Origin: Candidatus Latescibacterota bacterium
Lineage (GTDB): Bacteria > Krumholzibacteriota > Krumholzibacteriia > WVZY01 > JAKEHA01
Length of the DNA: 64,000 nucleotides
Direction: 5' to 3'
NCBI GenBank assembly: GCA_963707635.1
Contig: OY970173.1
Span: 2,784,001-2,848,000 of the forward strand
The notes under the pieces were generated by a model. That model made no database searches. It was not told where the DNA came from and saw only the letters and a program-made list of their open reading frames with translations. This document shows positions 46,533-55,554 of the stretch, piece by piece (the stretch's first letter is position 1; every line of letters begins with the position of its first letter). The translations under genes were made by a program, and so were the position numbers.

Positions 46533-46904
46533 TGGTGGAGGCGGCGGGAATCGAACCCGCGTCCGAAGAAGCAGCCGCAACGGTTACTACGTGTGTAGTC
46601 CGTGGTGATTTCTCATCTCCGTACCCACCGCGGACGAAAGTGTAACGGAGACCAGCCCGGTAGTTTCTCGCGCCTCAGCCCCAGACATAGCCTCGGCGCC
46701 AGCCCCCAGAGTATGACGCCCACTCACCGGCCCTGGAGACCCAGCCGGTGGGGACGGGAGCCTAAGCTAGCTTAGCTAGTTAGGCAGCCAGTGCGACGTT
46801 GTTGTCAGCACTTGAATTGGTGCCACCTGGTTTTACGAGGCTTGTGACCTGGCTCGACACGCAACCGGTACGCCCATCTTCCCCGTCGAGACCTGTTCGC
46901 CCCC
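46533..46904 (-). ncRNA. ssrA: tmRNA; tag peptide (A)ADNNVALAA encoded at 46809-46780
   Basis: 5' GGGGGCGAACAGGTCTCGACGGGG; 3' GGGTTCGATTCCCGCCGCCTCCACCA; acceptor stem with G3:U; tag ending ALAA-stop; 372 nt. Confidence 0.96.
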
Positions 46905-46932
46905 ATCGTGGAATAGACGCGGTTACCCCCAA

Positions 46933-46961
46933 ATGATAGCAAGAAGTTCGCCGCGGGACAA
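46933..46961 (-). promoter_or_regulatory. Sigma-70 promoter of ssrA
   Basis: TTGTCC-17 nt-TATCAT with an extended -10 TG. Confidence 0.65.
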
Positions 46962-47001
46962 ACACCTTGAGCACCCGCCACGCCGTCGCGTCTCGGAACA
47001 T

Positions 47002-47829
47002 CTAGTCGCGATAGAGTGCCTTGACCCCTCCCCACGAACGCGGCTCGGTGGAAATAGGACCGAAGCCACACGCCGGCATCAGGCCCTGGGATGCGTACGG
47101 CCCCTGCTGCACCCACGGTGCGATAGAGTAAGATGGGGTAAGGCCAGGAAAGAAGTTCGTCGTGCACCCGGGAATATCGCAGAACTGGGGACCGGAATCG
47201 TACACCCAAGGGGCAGAGCCTGCGGGCACCAGTTGAATTGGTGGGAGCCCTTCTACGCCCGTGTCGAGAGTCTTCACCGTTGAGGGAGTGGTGACGTTGG
47301 TGAAGGTGAACCGCGGCTGGACGAAGAAAACGGAATCGAACGTGCCACCGTTCGCATGTGTCTTTCGGATGGTCATGTTTCCAGGCGGTGGCGCGATGCT
47401 CGAAAGATCGACCTCGAGCCACCATGGGTCCGGAAACTGCCCCCCGTTGTAGGTGACCGTAATCGGCTGCACGCTGACCAGGTGCAGCGCGACGATCTCG
47501 ATCGGAACCACGTCCTGGCTACCGATCAAGGGTAGTTGAGCGTTGTCGAGCCGCCGGACAATCGTGTCCGTGCTCCCGAGGTTCCCGGCTCCACAAACGG
47601 GATGGGTCACCAGCGGAACGCCCTTGAGCTGCACATGCCCGGTGAAGGGGTCTGATCCCGGGCCGAAGAAGCCCACGGGGATCGTGTACGGTCCAATGAA
47701 ATTCTGATACGTCGGGGGGGAATCGGTCGCCAGGAAATCATTCCCAGCAATGACGTCCTGGGCCAGAGTCGGCACGGGGACCGCGACGAGTCCGAGAGCG
47801 ACCAGCATTCGCAAGGTACGCATATCCAT
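47002..47829 (-). CDS. Hypothetical secreted protein with C-terminal 'SWGGVKALYR' tail
   Basis: Signal peptide 'MRTLRMLVALGLVAVPVPTLA'; 'DTIVRR...VPIEIVALHLVS' body. Confidence 0.78.
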   Translation of the reverse strand: MDMRTLRMLVALGLVAVPVPTLAQDVIAGNDFLATDSPPTYQNFIGPYTIPVGFFGPGSDPFTGHVQLKGVPLVTHPVCGAGNLGSTDTIVRRLDNAQLPLIGSQDVVPIEIVALHLVSVQPITVTYNGGQFPDPWWLEVDLSSIAPPPGNMTIRKTHANGGTFDSVFFVQPRFTFTNVTTPSTVKTLDTGVEGLPPIQLVPAGSAPWVYDSGPQFCDIPGCTTNFFPGLTPSYSIAPWVQQGPYASQGLMPACGFGPISTEPRSWGGVKALYRD

Positions 47830-47957
47830 CACCTTCGATTTGGAGAAGACACGTGAGCGTGCGACTGACACCCCGTGGACTCAGGGGTGTCGAGAGGGTA
47901 TTCCACAGTCTTGCAACCGTCAAGTCAATGGTGACGAGGGCCGCAAAGAGGCGCGGA

Positions 47958-50347
47958 CTACTTCAGCAATAGCATCTTACGTGCGAGCGTCGCTCCGCTC
48001 GCGTTGAGACGGTAAAAGTAGATCCCGCTTCCCACGCGCCGGCCTTCATTATCGACACCGTCCCATTCCGCGACATAGGTCCCGGCACGGCGATGCGTGT
48101 CGAGTAGCGAACGGACGAGGGCGCCTCGCGCGTCGTAAATACGCAGCGAGACCGGGCCGTCGCGTTCCACGCCGTAAGAAATCCTGGTGGTGGGATTGAA
48201 CGGATTGGGGACGTTCTGATCCAGGTGGGTGCGAGCCGGCGTTGTGCCGGCGCCCGTCACCGCGCCCGGCGTGAGCAGCCGCAAAGGCGCTCTCGTTGTC
48301 GTGCAAATCGAACGCGCTGACCTTGTAGTAGTAGCCGCTCGAGGGTGTCCACGCGGGATCGAGGAACGACTCCGACGCCGGCGTTGCGATGCGATTACCC
48401 GCATCCGGGACAAAGCCCGCCGTGCTTCCCCGATACACGCCGTAATTCGCGAGATCGTGCTCGTCGTTTGGCTGCCACGACATCGAGAGTCCGGCAGGAG
48501 AATGTGATTGTGCACCCGCGAGATTCTGAGGCGCGGCCGGGGCAAGGTTATCGACCGAGTATCCGCTGTCTGGCGCGCTGTCGTAATACACCGACGGCGT
48601 CGTGGTCTGCGCCATTACGAAGTACACGTTGTACGGAGTGACCGCAACCGTCTGGTCAGCCTGCGTAGGTGCGAGCACGATGTAGTCGCTCGACTGCTGC
48701 CGCGCGGGAGCGCTCGCGACCGATTCCCACAACGCTGCTGTGGACACCGCATCCAGCGAGGGCTCGCGCCAGATCCGGTGACCTTCCCATTCGATAGCGC
48801 TCGACTTCCCTACCACGCCCTCGCTTTGGATCTGCGCAACGAGAGCTGCATTATCGATGCGCCGAAACACGTAGTACGTGAGCACACCCGGCGAAGCACT
48901 CGCGATGTCCTCTCCCGATCCCTGGAAGTAGACACGCACCCAGCCACCCTGATCTCCGGGCACATCGACGATGTTGTGAATCTCCGGCTTCTGGCGGCTG
49001 AATCGGGCGATGAAGATATCCTGGCCCGATGCTGTGAGATTGCTTCCCCCAAAATTGGTCGTACCGTTGACGTAGCCGGTCATGACGACATTGTTCGCCG
49101 GGTCGGTGACGACCCGGTTGGCATGCTGATCAGACGCGTCACCGTACGTCGCGTTGAACAGAAGATTCCCGTCGTTGTCGAATCGAACGAGAAAAATGTC
49201 GGTGCCACCGGCACTGGTGAGGGCTCCGGTTCCAAAATCCACGCTGCCCGCGTAGTAACCCGACCACGCCACCGCACCGCCGGCATCCACCGCGGGCCCA
49301 TTGGCGTTTTGCGCGCCGGCATCCCCGAAGCGTCTTGCTCCAGACATGATTGCCCGCGGCATCCAGCCTGGCGATGCAGATGTCGTTGCCACCTGCCGAC
49401 GTCAGCCCGCCGCCGCCGAAATCCACCGTCCCCTGGAATGTTCCCGTGACGAAGACGTTACCCGCCGGATCGAATCCGATTCCATTTCCGATCTGGCTGC
49501 TGGCATCCCCGAAGCGCTTGCTCCACACGTGCACGCCCGCGCTCGTGAACCGCGCAACAAAGATGTCGTTGCTTCCTCCGCTGGTAATGGTGCCACCACC
49601 GAAGTCGGCGCTGCCCGCCATGTTCCCCGCAATTCCAACGTCTCCGTCCGCACTAACTGCCACCCCGATCCCATTCTGGCCCCCAGTCGCTCCGAAGCGT
49701 TTGCTCCACAGATGATTTCCGGCGGGATCGAACTTCACCAGGAATATGTCGGCGCCGCCCCCGCTCGTGAGCGGCCCCCCACCGAAGTCCACGGTTCCAT
49801 TCATCAATCCGGTCATGTAGATGTTGCCGCTGCCGTCGGTGGCGATGCCGTTTGGAATCTGGTCGGTCGCGTCGCCAAATTGCTTGCTCCACTGATGCGC
49901 GCCGGCGGAGTTGAATTTACCGACAAAAATGTCGGTCAAGCCGGCGGAACTGAGGGTCGAACCTCCCAGGTTCACGGATCCTGACACTTGCCCGGCCAGA
50001 ACGACGTTGCCGGAAGGGTCACAGGCCAGTGCGGTGCCGTATTCGGACATTGTCGTGCTTTGGAAAAAGCCCACGCTGTAGAGATGGGTCCCGCCAGCGT
50101 TGAATTTGGCGAGATACGGTGCATCGTCCGTGCTTCCGACCGTGAAGTCCCCCCCGCCAAAATTGACCGTCCCCCGAAACATGCCCGTGATCCATACGTT
50201 GCCGCTCGGATCCACGGCAATTCCGCGGCCGTCCTGTGTGTTGACATCGCCAAAGATCTTGCTCCAGCTATGCTGGAGAGCCGGGGCAGCCTCGAGACGG
50301 ACGGAATTGAGGAGAAGAAGCGAGAGGACGACGGGACGGATTCGCAT
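47958..50347 (-). pseudogene. SBBP-type beta-propeller repeat protein with FN3-like domain and FlgD-Ig CTD; two frameshifts (49333 and ~48279)
   Basis: Repeats 'DPSGNVxxTG...GTVDFGGG...DIF..KF..AG.H.WSKRFG' span three ORF-track entries; removing one base at each site gives one continuous protein ending 'NVPNPFNP...RKMLLLK'. Confidence 0.85.
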
Positions 50348-50600
50348 GGGAGGCGCCCTTTCTGCACAGGTGGTCTTGTGCAATACGGGCGCCTCAAAGA
50401 GTCGCCAACGACGCCCGAGAGGGATTAACTATATCACAGATACGCGCAGGTTGGCACTGCAGCTGCGGGCACCGTCAAGTCAATGGTGAAGAAGAAAGGC
50501 CACCGCCGGGCAGCCAGCCGGGCCCGCCGGTGGTGTGATAGAATGCGCACGCCAGCGCATGCCGCATTCCCACGACAGGTGATCCCAAAGGCCGTGACCC

Positions 50601-51743
50601 ATGACACACTCCCCCGACGCGAGCCGTTCTCTTCCCGTTCTCCGAGCTTTGATCGACGCGGTGGACCACGAGGTCCTCGAACTTCTATCGCGGCGCAACG
50701 GACTGGTGGCCGAAATCGCCAGCTACAAGCGCCACCACCAGGTGGCCATCCGCGACCCGCGCCGCGAGAGCGAGATCATCGCCGACCGGCGCGCTCGATC
50801 TACGCCGCTGGGCCTCCAGCCCGACGTCGTCGAAAGCATCTACCGATTGATCCTGTGGGCGAGCCGCGACCGGCAGGCGTCGCTGCGCGCGCAGGTCCCG
50901 CTCGACGTGGAGACAAAGACCGTCGCGGTGATCGGCGGCCACGGGGCGATGGGGTCGTGCATGGCCGATCTCTTCGCCGACCTGGGCCACGCGGTCATGA
51001 TCGCCGACCTCGACACCGACCTCTCCCCCGAGGAAGCAGCCCGGGAAGCGGACGTGGTCGTGATCAGCGTCCCGATCGACGTCACGGCGGAGGTGATCCG
51101 GCGCCTCGGCCCGCTGGTCCGCAAGGACGCGCTCTTGATGGACGTCACGTCGGTGAAGACGACGCCGGTTCGCGCCATGCTCGAGGCGTCCAGGGCGGCG
51201 GTGGTCGGCACGCACCCCCTCTTCGGCCCGTCGGTGCATTCGCTCCAGGGGCAGCGCGTGGCACTCGTTCCCGGCCGCGGGGACGACTGGCTCGCATGGC
51301 TGCGGACGATGCTCGAGGCGAGGGGACTCAATGTGGTCGATACCACCGCGGAGGCGCACGACCGCGCCATGGCGGTGGTGCAGGTGCTGACCCATTTCAC
51401 GACCGAGGTCATGGGCAGTACGCTGGCCGGTCTCGGCGTGCCGCTCGAGGAGACGTTGCGTTTCACCTCGCCGGTGTACCTGATGGAGCTGCTCATGACG
51501 GCCCGGCACTTCGCGCAGTCGCCTGACCTCTACGCATCCATCCAGATGTCCAACCCGGAGTCGGGCCGCATTGCCGATGCGTTCCTCGAGACGGCGCAGC
51601 GGCTGCGCGAGAACGTAGCCCGCCGCGACCACGCCGCCTTCGAGACGGTGTTCCGCGAGGTGCACGACTATTTCGGAGACTTCACGGAACGGGCGCTCGC
51701 CCAGTCCTCGTTCCTGATCGACCGCCTGGTCGAACGGACGTGA
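50601..51743 (+). CDS. tyrA: Bifunctional chorismate mutase / prephenate dehydrogenase
   Basis: 'LRALIDAVD...LLSRR...RDPRRESEI'; 'IGGHGAMG', 'DVTSVK', 'HPLFGP', 'HDRAMAVVQVLTH'. Confidence 0.93.
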   Translation: MTHSPDASRSLPVLRALIDAVDHEVLELLSRRNGLVAEIASYKRHHQVAIRDPRRESEIIADRRARSTPLGLQPDVVESIYRLILWASRDRQASLRAQVPLDVETKTVAVIGGHGAMGSCMADLFADLGHAVMIADLDTDLSPEEAAREADVVVISVPIDVTAEVIRRLGPLVRKDALLMDVTSVKTTPVRAMLEASRAAVVGTHPLFGPSVHSLQGQRVALVPGRGDDWLAWLRTMLEARGLNVVDTTAEAHDRAMAVVQVLTHFTTEVMGSTLAGLGVPLEETLRFTSPVYLMELLMTARHFAQSPDLYASIQMSNPESGRIADAFLETAQRLRENVARRDHAAFETVFREVHDYFGDFTERALAQSSFLIDRLVERT

Positions 51744-51842
51744 GCACCTCCCAAAAAACTCGTGACGGATCCTGCCCCGGCACGTCTAACCGGGAAACGG
51801 GCTCCATGCCCGAAAGCCAGCCACCGAACCGGAGGGCCTCCC

Positions 51843-52847
51843 ATGTTTCGACGTCTCGTGCTCCTGACCGTGCTGACCCTGATTGCCGGCTTCCGCCCGG
51901 CACAGGCCGACATCACGACGGGCCTCATCGCCCGCTACCCGTTTGACGGCAACGCCAACGATATCAGTGGAAACAACAATCACGGCTCGTTGGTGGGTGC
52001 GGTGGCGTCCACCACCGATCGTTTCGGGTTGCCCGACCGGGCCTATGCGTTCAACGGCCTGAATACCTATGTGCTGGTCCCTGCCTCGGCCAGCCTGAAC
52101 TCGCCGACCACGGCTTGCACGCAGGCGGGATGGACGCTGCAATCCGGAGTGAGTAGTGTGGGATCGGGCTTCAATCCGCTCCTCATGAAGAGCAATAGCG
52201 GTGAGAATGCGTTCATGTACCGGATGATCACGAACCCCACCTACGTGGGCGCCGCATTCAACAACTGGAACACCGCCCAGAGCGCCGGGCAGGCGACACC
52301 GCTCAACGAGTGGCACCACTTCGCGACCGTGTTCAACGGCGCTACCGTCAGGTACTACTACGACGGCGCGTACATCGGGTCGCAGCCGATGGTGATGACG
52401 ATCACCCCGGACAACCGCCCGCTCACCATTGGCGCCGATGTGCCCGGTATTCTCGAGATCTTCAACGGCAAGATCGACGATGTGTCCATCTACAGTCGTG
52501 CACTCACCGACGAGGACATCGTCGAGCTCTACAATCAGGCGACGCCGACTGCCGTGTCCCAATCGACGCCGCCGTTTTCGCTGGGCTACAGCGTTCCCAA
52601 TCCCAGCGGCGGCGAAAGCAGCGTGGAGTTCACCCTCGACTCGGAGCAGTTCGTCCAGCTCGACGTGTTCGATGTGGCCGGGCGCCGCGTGCGCGTCATG
52701 GAATCCGGAGTTCGTTCGGCCGGAGTCCATCGCGCGACGTGGGATGGGCGCCGGGACAACGGGAGCCATACGCCGTCGGGCGTCTATTTCTTTCGTCTCC
52801 ACAGTGGAAACCACGTGCTGACGAGCCGAATCGTTCGGGTGCGGTAG
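51843..52847 (+). CDS. Secreted LamG-like jellyroll protein with FlgD-Ig CTD
   Basis: GGAGG RBS; 'YPFDGNANDISGN', 'WHHFATV', 'FNGKIDDVSIYSRAL', 'PNP...WDG...SGVYF'. Confidence 0.88.
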   Translation: MFRRLVLLTVLTLIAGFRPAQADITTGLIARYPFDGNANDISGNNNHGSLVGAVASTTDRFGLPDRAYAFNGLNTYVLVPASASLNSPTTACTQAGWTLQSGVSSVGSGFNPLLMKSNSGENAFMYRMITNPTYVGAAFNNWNTAQSAGQATPLNEWHHFATVFNGATVRYYYDGAYIGSQPMVMTITPDNRPLTIGADVPGILEIFNGKIDDVSIYSRALTDEDIVELYNQATPTAVSQSTPPFSLGYSVPNPSGGESSVEFTLDSEQFVQLDVFDVAGRRVRVMESGVRSAGVHRATWDGRRDNGSHTPSGVYFFRLHSGNHVLTSRIVRVR

Positions 52848-52859
52848 TTACGGCGGGGC

Positions 52860-52894
52860 AAAAAGAGAGGGCACCGGCTCGGCGGTGCCCTCTC
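52860..52894. terminator. Terminator hairpin between convergent genes
   Basis: GAGAGGGCACC...GGTGCCCTCTC preceded by an A-run (U-tract on the minus strand). Confidence 0.75.
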
Positions 52895-52916
52895 GTGACA
52901 ACGATGTCGGCAATGC

Positions 52917-54008
52917 CTATTTGCCGCCACCCTTCTTCCCCTGGTCGTGGGGAACGACCACCTCGACCCTGGTATCGGTAGCGTTGCCAGCGCTGTCCTC
53001 ACAACGAACCAGAACCGTGTAGATGCGGGACGACCCGCCGCCAGAGCGCTCGGCGCGGAGCTCGAGGCCCGTGTCACCCGTGATCAGCCAGTCGGGTTCG
53101 GTGTTGCCGTCGCCCGTGCCATTGACCGGCTCGTTGCTGGTGACTCCGAGAATCTTGCACGTCGGCGTGGAATCGCACTCATCCTCGGCGTCCACCGCTA
53201 TCCGGATGTTCCTCCACTTGTGGTTGGGCGGCCACAGGATTCCCGGTGTGGCAGTCACGCCGGTGATGACCGGCGGCTCCGTGTCCGTCCCGACGGTCAC
53301 GGTGAACGCGCACGTCGAGGTATTCCCCAGCGAATCGACGGCCGTGCAGGTGACCGCCGTCTCTCCCACCGGGAACGTGCTGCCGGAGGGCGGGTCGCAG
53401 GTCACGACCGGCAGCGGATCGCAGTCATCGATCGCGGTCACGCTGAATTCGACGACCGCACCATCGGCGCCGGCACAGGCGATGGTGGTATCGGCCGCGC
53501 AAGTGATCTCGGGCGCGGTCACGTCGGGCTGAAACACCGGCGGGTCGGGCAGGAATGCCTGACTGCGCTGTGTTTCCAGCGCCGCCTTCCACGAAACCAG
53601 TAGCGACGAGAGCCCGGTCAGGTAGCCCTGCCGCGGTGTGGTGGCGGGATCGAAATCGGCCACCGTATCGAGCACCGCGGATCCAAGCGCGCCGTTGATG
53701 GCGCCTTCCCACTGTTGCAGAGCCGGCACGAGTTCGTCGAGGTATCCGGCGACCGTGGACTCGTCCGTCCATGCCGGCGTGTCATCCAGACCGGCTCCAA
53801 GCCAGGTCTCGATCGAATCCTCCCAGACCGGGAGGACGGGCGAAAGCTGAAAGAGGTAGATGTACTCTCCGCACCCGGCCTGCGCCCGGAATGCCCTGCT
53901 CTTGAATTGCTCTGGACCCGCGGGTGAACCTTCGTGGTTTCCGCATCCATAAATGACGAACGTGGCGACGAGCGCCGCCACGCCGAGGCGAATGTTGAGT
54001 TTGATCAT
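52917..54008 (-). CDS. Putative lipoprotein with HYR domain and C-terminal 'WPPNHK' module
   Basis: Lipobox 'IYGC'; 'SGSTFPVGETAVTCTAVD..GN...C.FTVTV'. Confidence 0.8.
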   Translation of the reverse strand: MIKLNIRLGVAALVATFVIYGCGNHEGSPAGPEQFKSRAFRAQAGCGEYIYLFQLSPVLPVWEDSIETWLGAGLDDTPAWTDESTVAGYLDELVPALQQWEGAINGALGSAVLDTVADFDPATTPRQGYLTGLSSLLVSWKAALETQRSQAFLPDPPVFQPDVTAPEITCAADTTIACAGADGAVVEFSVTAIDDCDPLPVVTCDPPSGSTFPVGETAVTCTAVDSLGNTSTCAFTVTVGTDTEPPVITGVTATPGILWPPNHKWRNIRIAVDAEDECDSTPTCKILGVTSNEPVNGTGDGNTEPDWLITGDTGLELRAERSGGGSSRIYTVLVRCEDSAGNATDTRVEVVVPHDQGKKGGGK

Positions 54009-54153
54009 GTGATGCCCCCGCGAGGATGCATGAAAGAGGCGGCCGTATGCCTCAAAATTAGAGCTCCATTATACCACTACAACCCCGGTCGCCGTCTACC
54101 TCCGTGCGCGGTGTGATAGAATCCCGGAGCGTGATCGATACCCACGCTCCAGC

Positions 54154-54774
54154 ATGCCTTCCCTCGCCGAGATTCTCGCCACGCCGGGTCCCAAGTGCCT
54201 CGACCGCGACTTCGAAGGCACCGTCGCCGACTTGTTTCCGGCCCGGCAACCGCTCGAGATCGAAATCGGAGCCGGCCGCGGCCGCTTCCTGCTCGAACGC
54301 GCCGCCGTCCATCGCGACCGCAACTTTCTCGGCCTGGACTACCGCTGGCGGTTCCTGCGCGAGGGGTTCGAGCGCGCGGAGGCGCGCGGGCTGGACAACC
54401 TTTGCTTCTTCAGGTCCGAGGCGAGCGAAATCATCGAGCACCTGGTCCCGGACGCAAGCGTTGCGATCTTCCACATCTACTTCCCCGACCCGTGGCACAA
54501 GCGCAAGCACCACAAGCGCCGGCTGCTCACGCCGGATTTCTTCAAGCTGCTCCACCGGAGGCTGGAGCCGGGCGGACTCCTCGAGCTGGCGACGGACAAC
54601 TTCGACTACATGGTGAGGTTCAAGCTGGCGCTGGTCGAGGCGGGAGACACGCTCTGGTCGGCGACGCGCGAGGCTCGAAACGAGAGACTGATCGACCCGC
54701 ACCTCAAGACCCACTACGAAGCGAAGTACATGCGCCAGGGCCGGGAGCTTTATTATATAGAGCTGCTCAAATGA
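54154..54774 (+). CDS. trmB: tRNA (guanine-N7)-methyltransferase
   Basis: 'EIGAGRGRF', 'YFPDPWHKRKHHKRRL', 'ATD', 'THYEAKY'. Confidence 0.94.
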   Translation: MPSLAEILATPGPKCLDRDFEGTVADLFPARQPLEIEIGAGRGRFLLERAAVHRDRNFLGLDYRWRFLREGFERAEARGLDNLCFFRSEASEIIEHLVPDASVAIFHIYFPDPWHKRKHHKRRLLTPDFFKLLHRRLEPGGLLELATDNFDYMVRFKLALVEAGDTLWSATREARNERLIDPHLKTHYEAKYMRQGRELYYIELLK

Positions 54775-54811
54775 CGGAGGATGCCGGCAGAAGCACCCAT
54801 TGTATTCCTCT

Positions 54812-54841
54812 TTGAGCCTTCCGGAATGATCGCGCTATAAT
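54812..54841 (+). promoter_or_regulatory. Sigma-70 promoter of the peptide-ligase operon
   Basis: TTGAGC-18 nt-TATAAT, ending 9 nt before ATG 54851. Confidence 0.6.
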
Positions 54842-54850
54842 CCGCCCCGC

Positions 54851-55552
54851 ATGAAGAATCTCGACATCCACGCGCAGCCCGACGACATGAGCTGCGGGGC
54901 CACCTGCCTGCACGCGATCTACCGCCACCACGGCGACCGGATCGCCCTGGACGACGTCGTACGCGACGTCGAGCGGCTCGAGGAGGGCGGGACCCTCGGC
55001 GTGTATCTCGGCACCCACGCGCTGCGCCGCGGCTACAAGGTGAGCCTCTACTCGTACAACCTCCAGGTCTTCGACCCGACCTGGCGCGCGCTCGGCCGCG
55101 ACGAGCTGGTGGACCGGCTCGCGCGCCAGATGGCAGTCAAGCACCAGCGCAAACTCAAGATCGCGTCGCAGGCCTACATCGAGTTCATGCGCCTGGGGGG
55201 AGAGATTCGCTTCGCGGAGCTTTCGCCCAAGCTGATCCGCCGCCACCTCACCGGCAACGTGCCCATGCTGGCCGGTTTGAGCTCCACGTATCTCTATCAG
55301 ACCGCGCGCGAATACGGACCGCAGGGCGAGTACGACGACGTACGCGGTGTTCCCGGCGGGCATTTCGTGGTCCTGTTCGGCTACGACAACGAGTCGCGCG
55401 ACGTGCGCGTCGCCGACCCGTGGCAGCCCAATCCCGAGAAGGAGCGCTACTACGAGGTGGGAATCAACCGGCTCATCTGCGCGATCCTGCTCGGGGTACT
55501 CACCTACGACGCCAATCTGCTCGTCATATCGCCGAGCCGGAAGCGGGGCTGA
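54851..55552 (+). CDS. Peptidase C39-like (papain-fold) protein
   Basis: 'QPDDMSCGATCL', 'GHFVVLFGYD', 'VADP' (Q/C/H/D arrangement). Confidence 0.8.
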   Translation: MKNLDIHAQPDDMSCGATCLHAIYRHHGDRIALDDVVRDVERLEEGGTLGVYLGTHALRRGYKVSLYSYNLQVFDPTWRALGRDELVDRLARQMAVKHQRKLKIASQAYIEFMRLGGEIRFAELSPKLIRRHLTGNVPMLAGLSSTYLYQTAREYGPQGEYDDVRGVPGGHFVVLFGYDNESRDVRVADPWQPNPEKERYYEVGINRLICAILLGVLTYDANLLVISPSRKRG

Positions 55553-55554
55553 CC

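Noticed and set aside
46389..46560. CRISPR array (repeat TGGTGGAGGCGGCG at ~70-bp period)
   Set aside because: The repeat is the ssrA 3' end, the 'spacers' are homologous to each other, there are only three copies, and no cas genes are present.
46780..47001. 73-aa ORF ending ADNNVALAA
   Set aside because: It is the tmRNA tag reading frame extended upstream by chance, not an independent gene.
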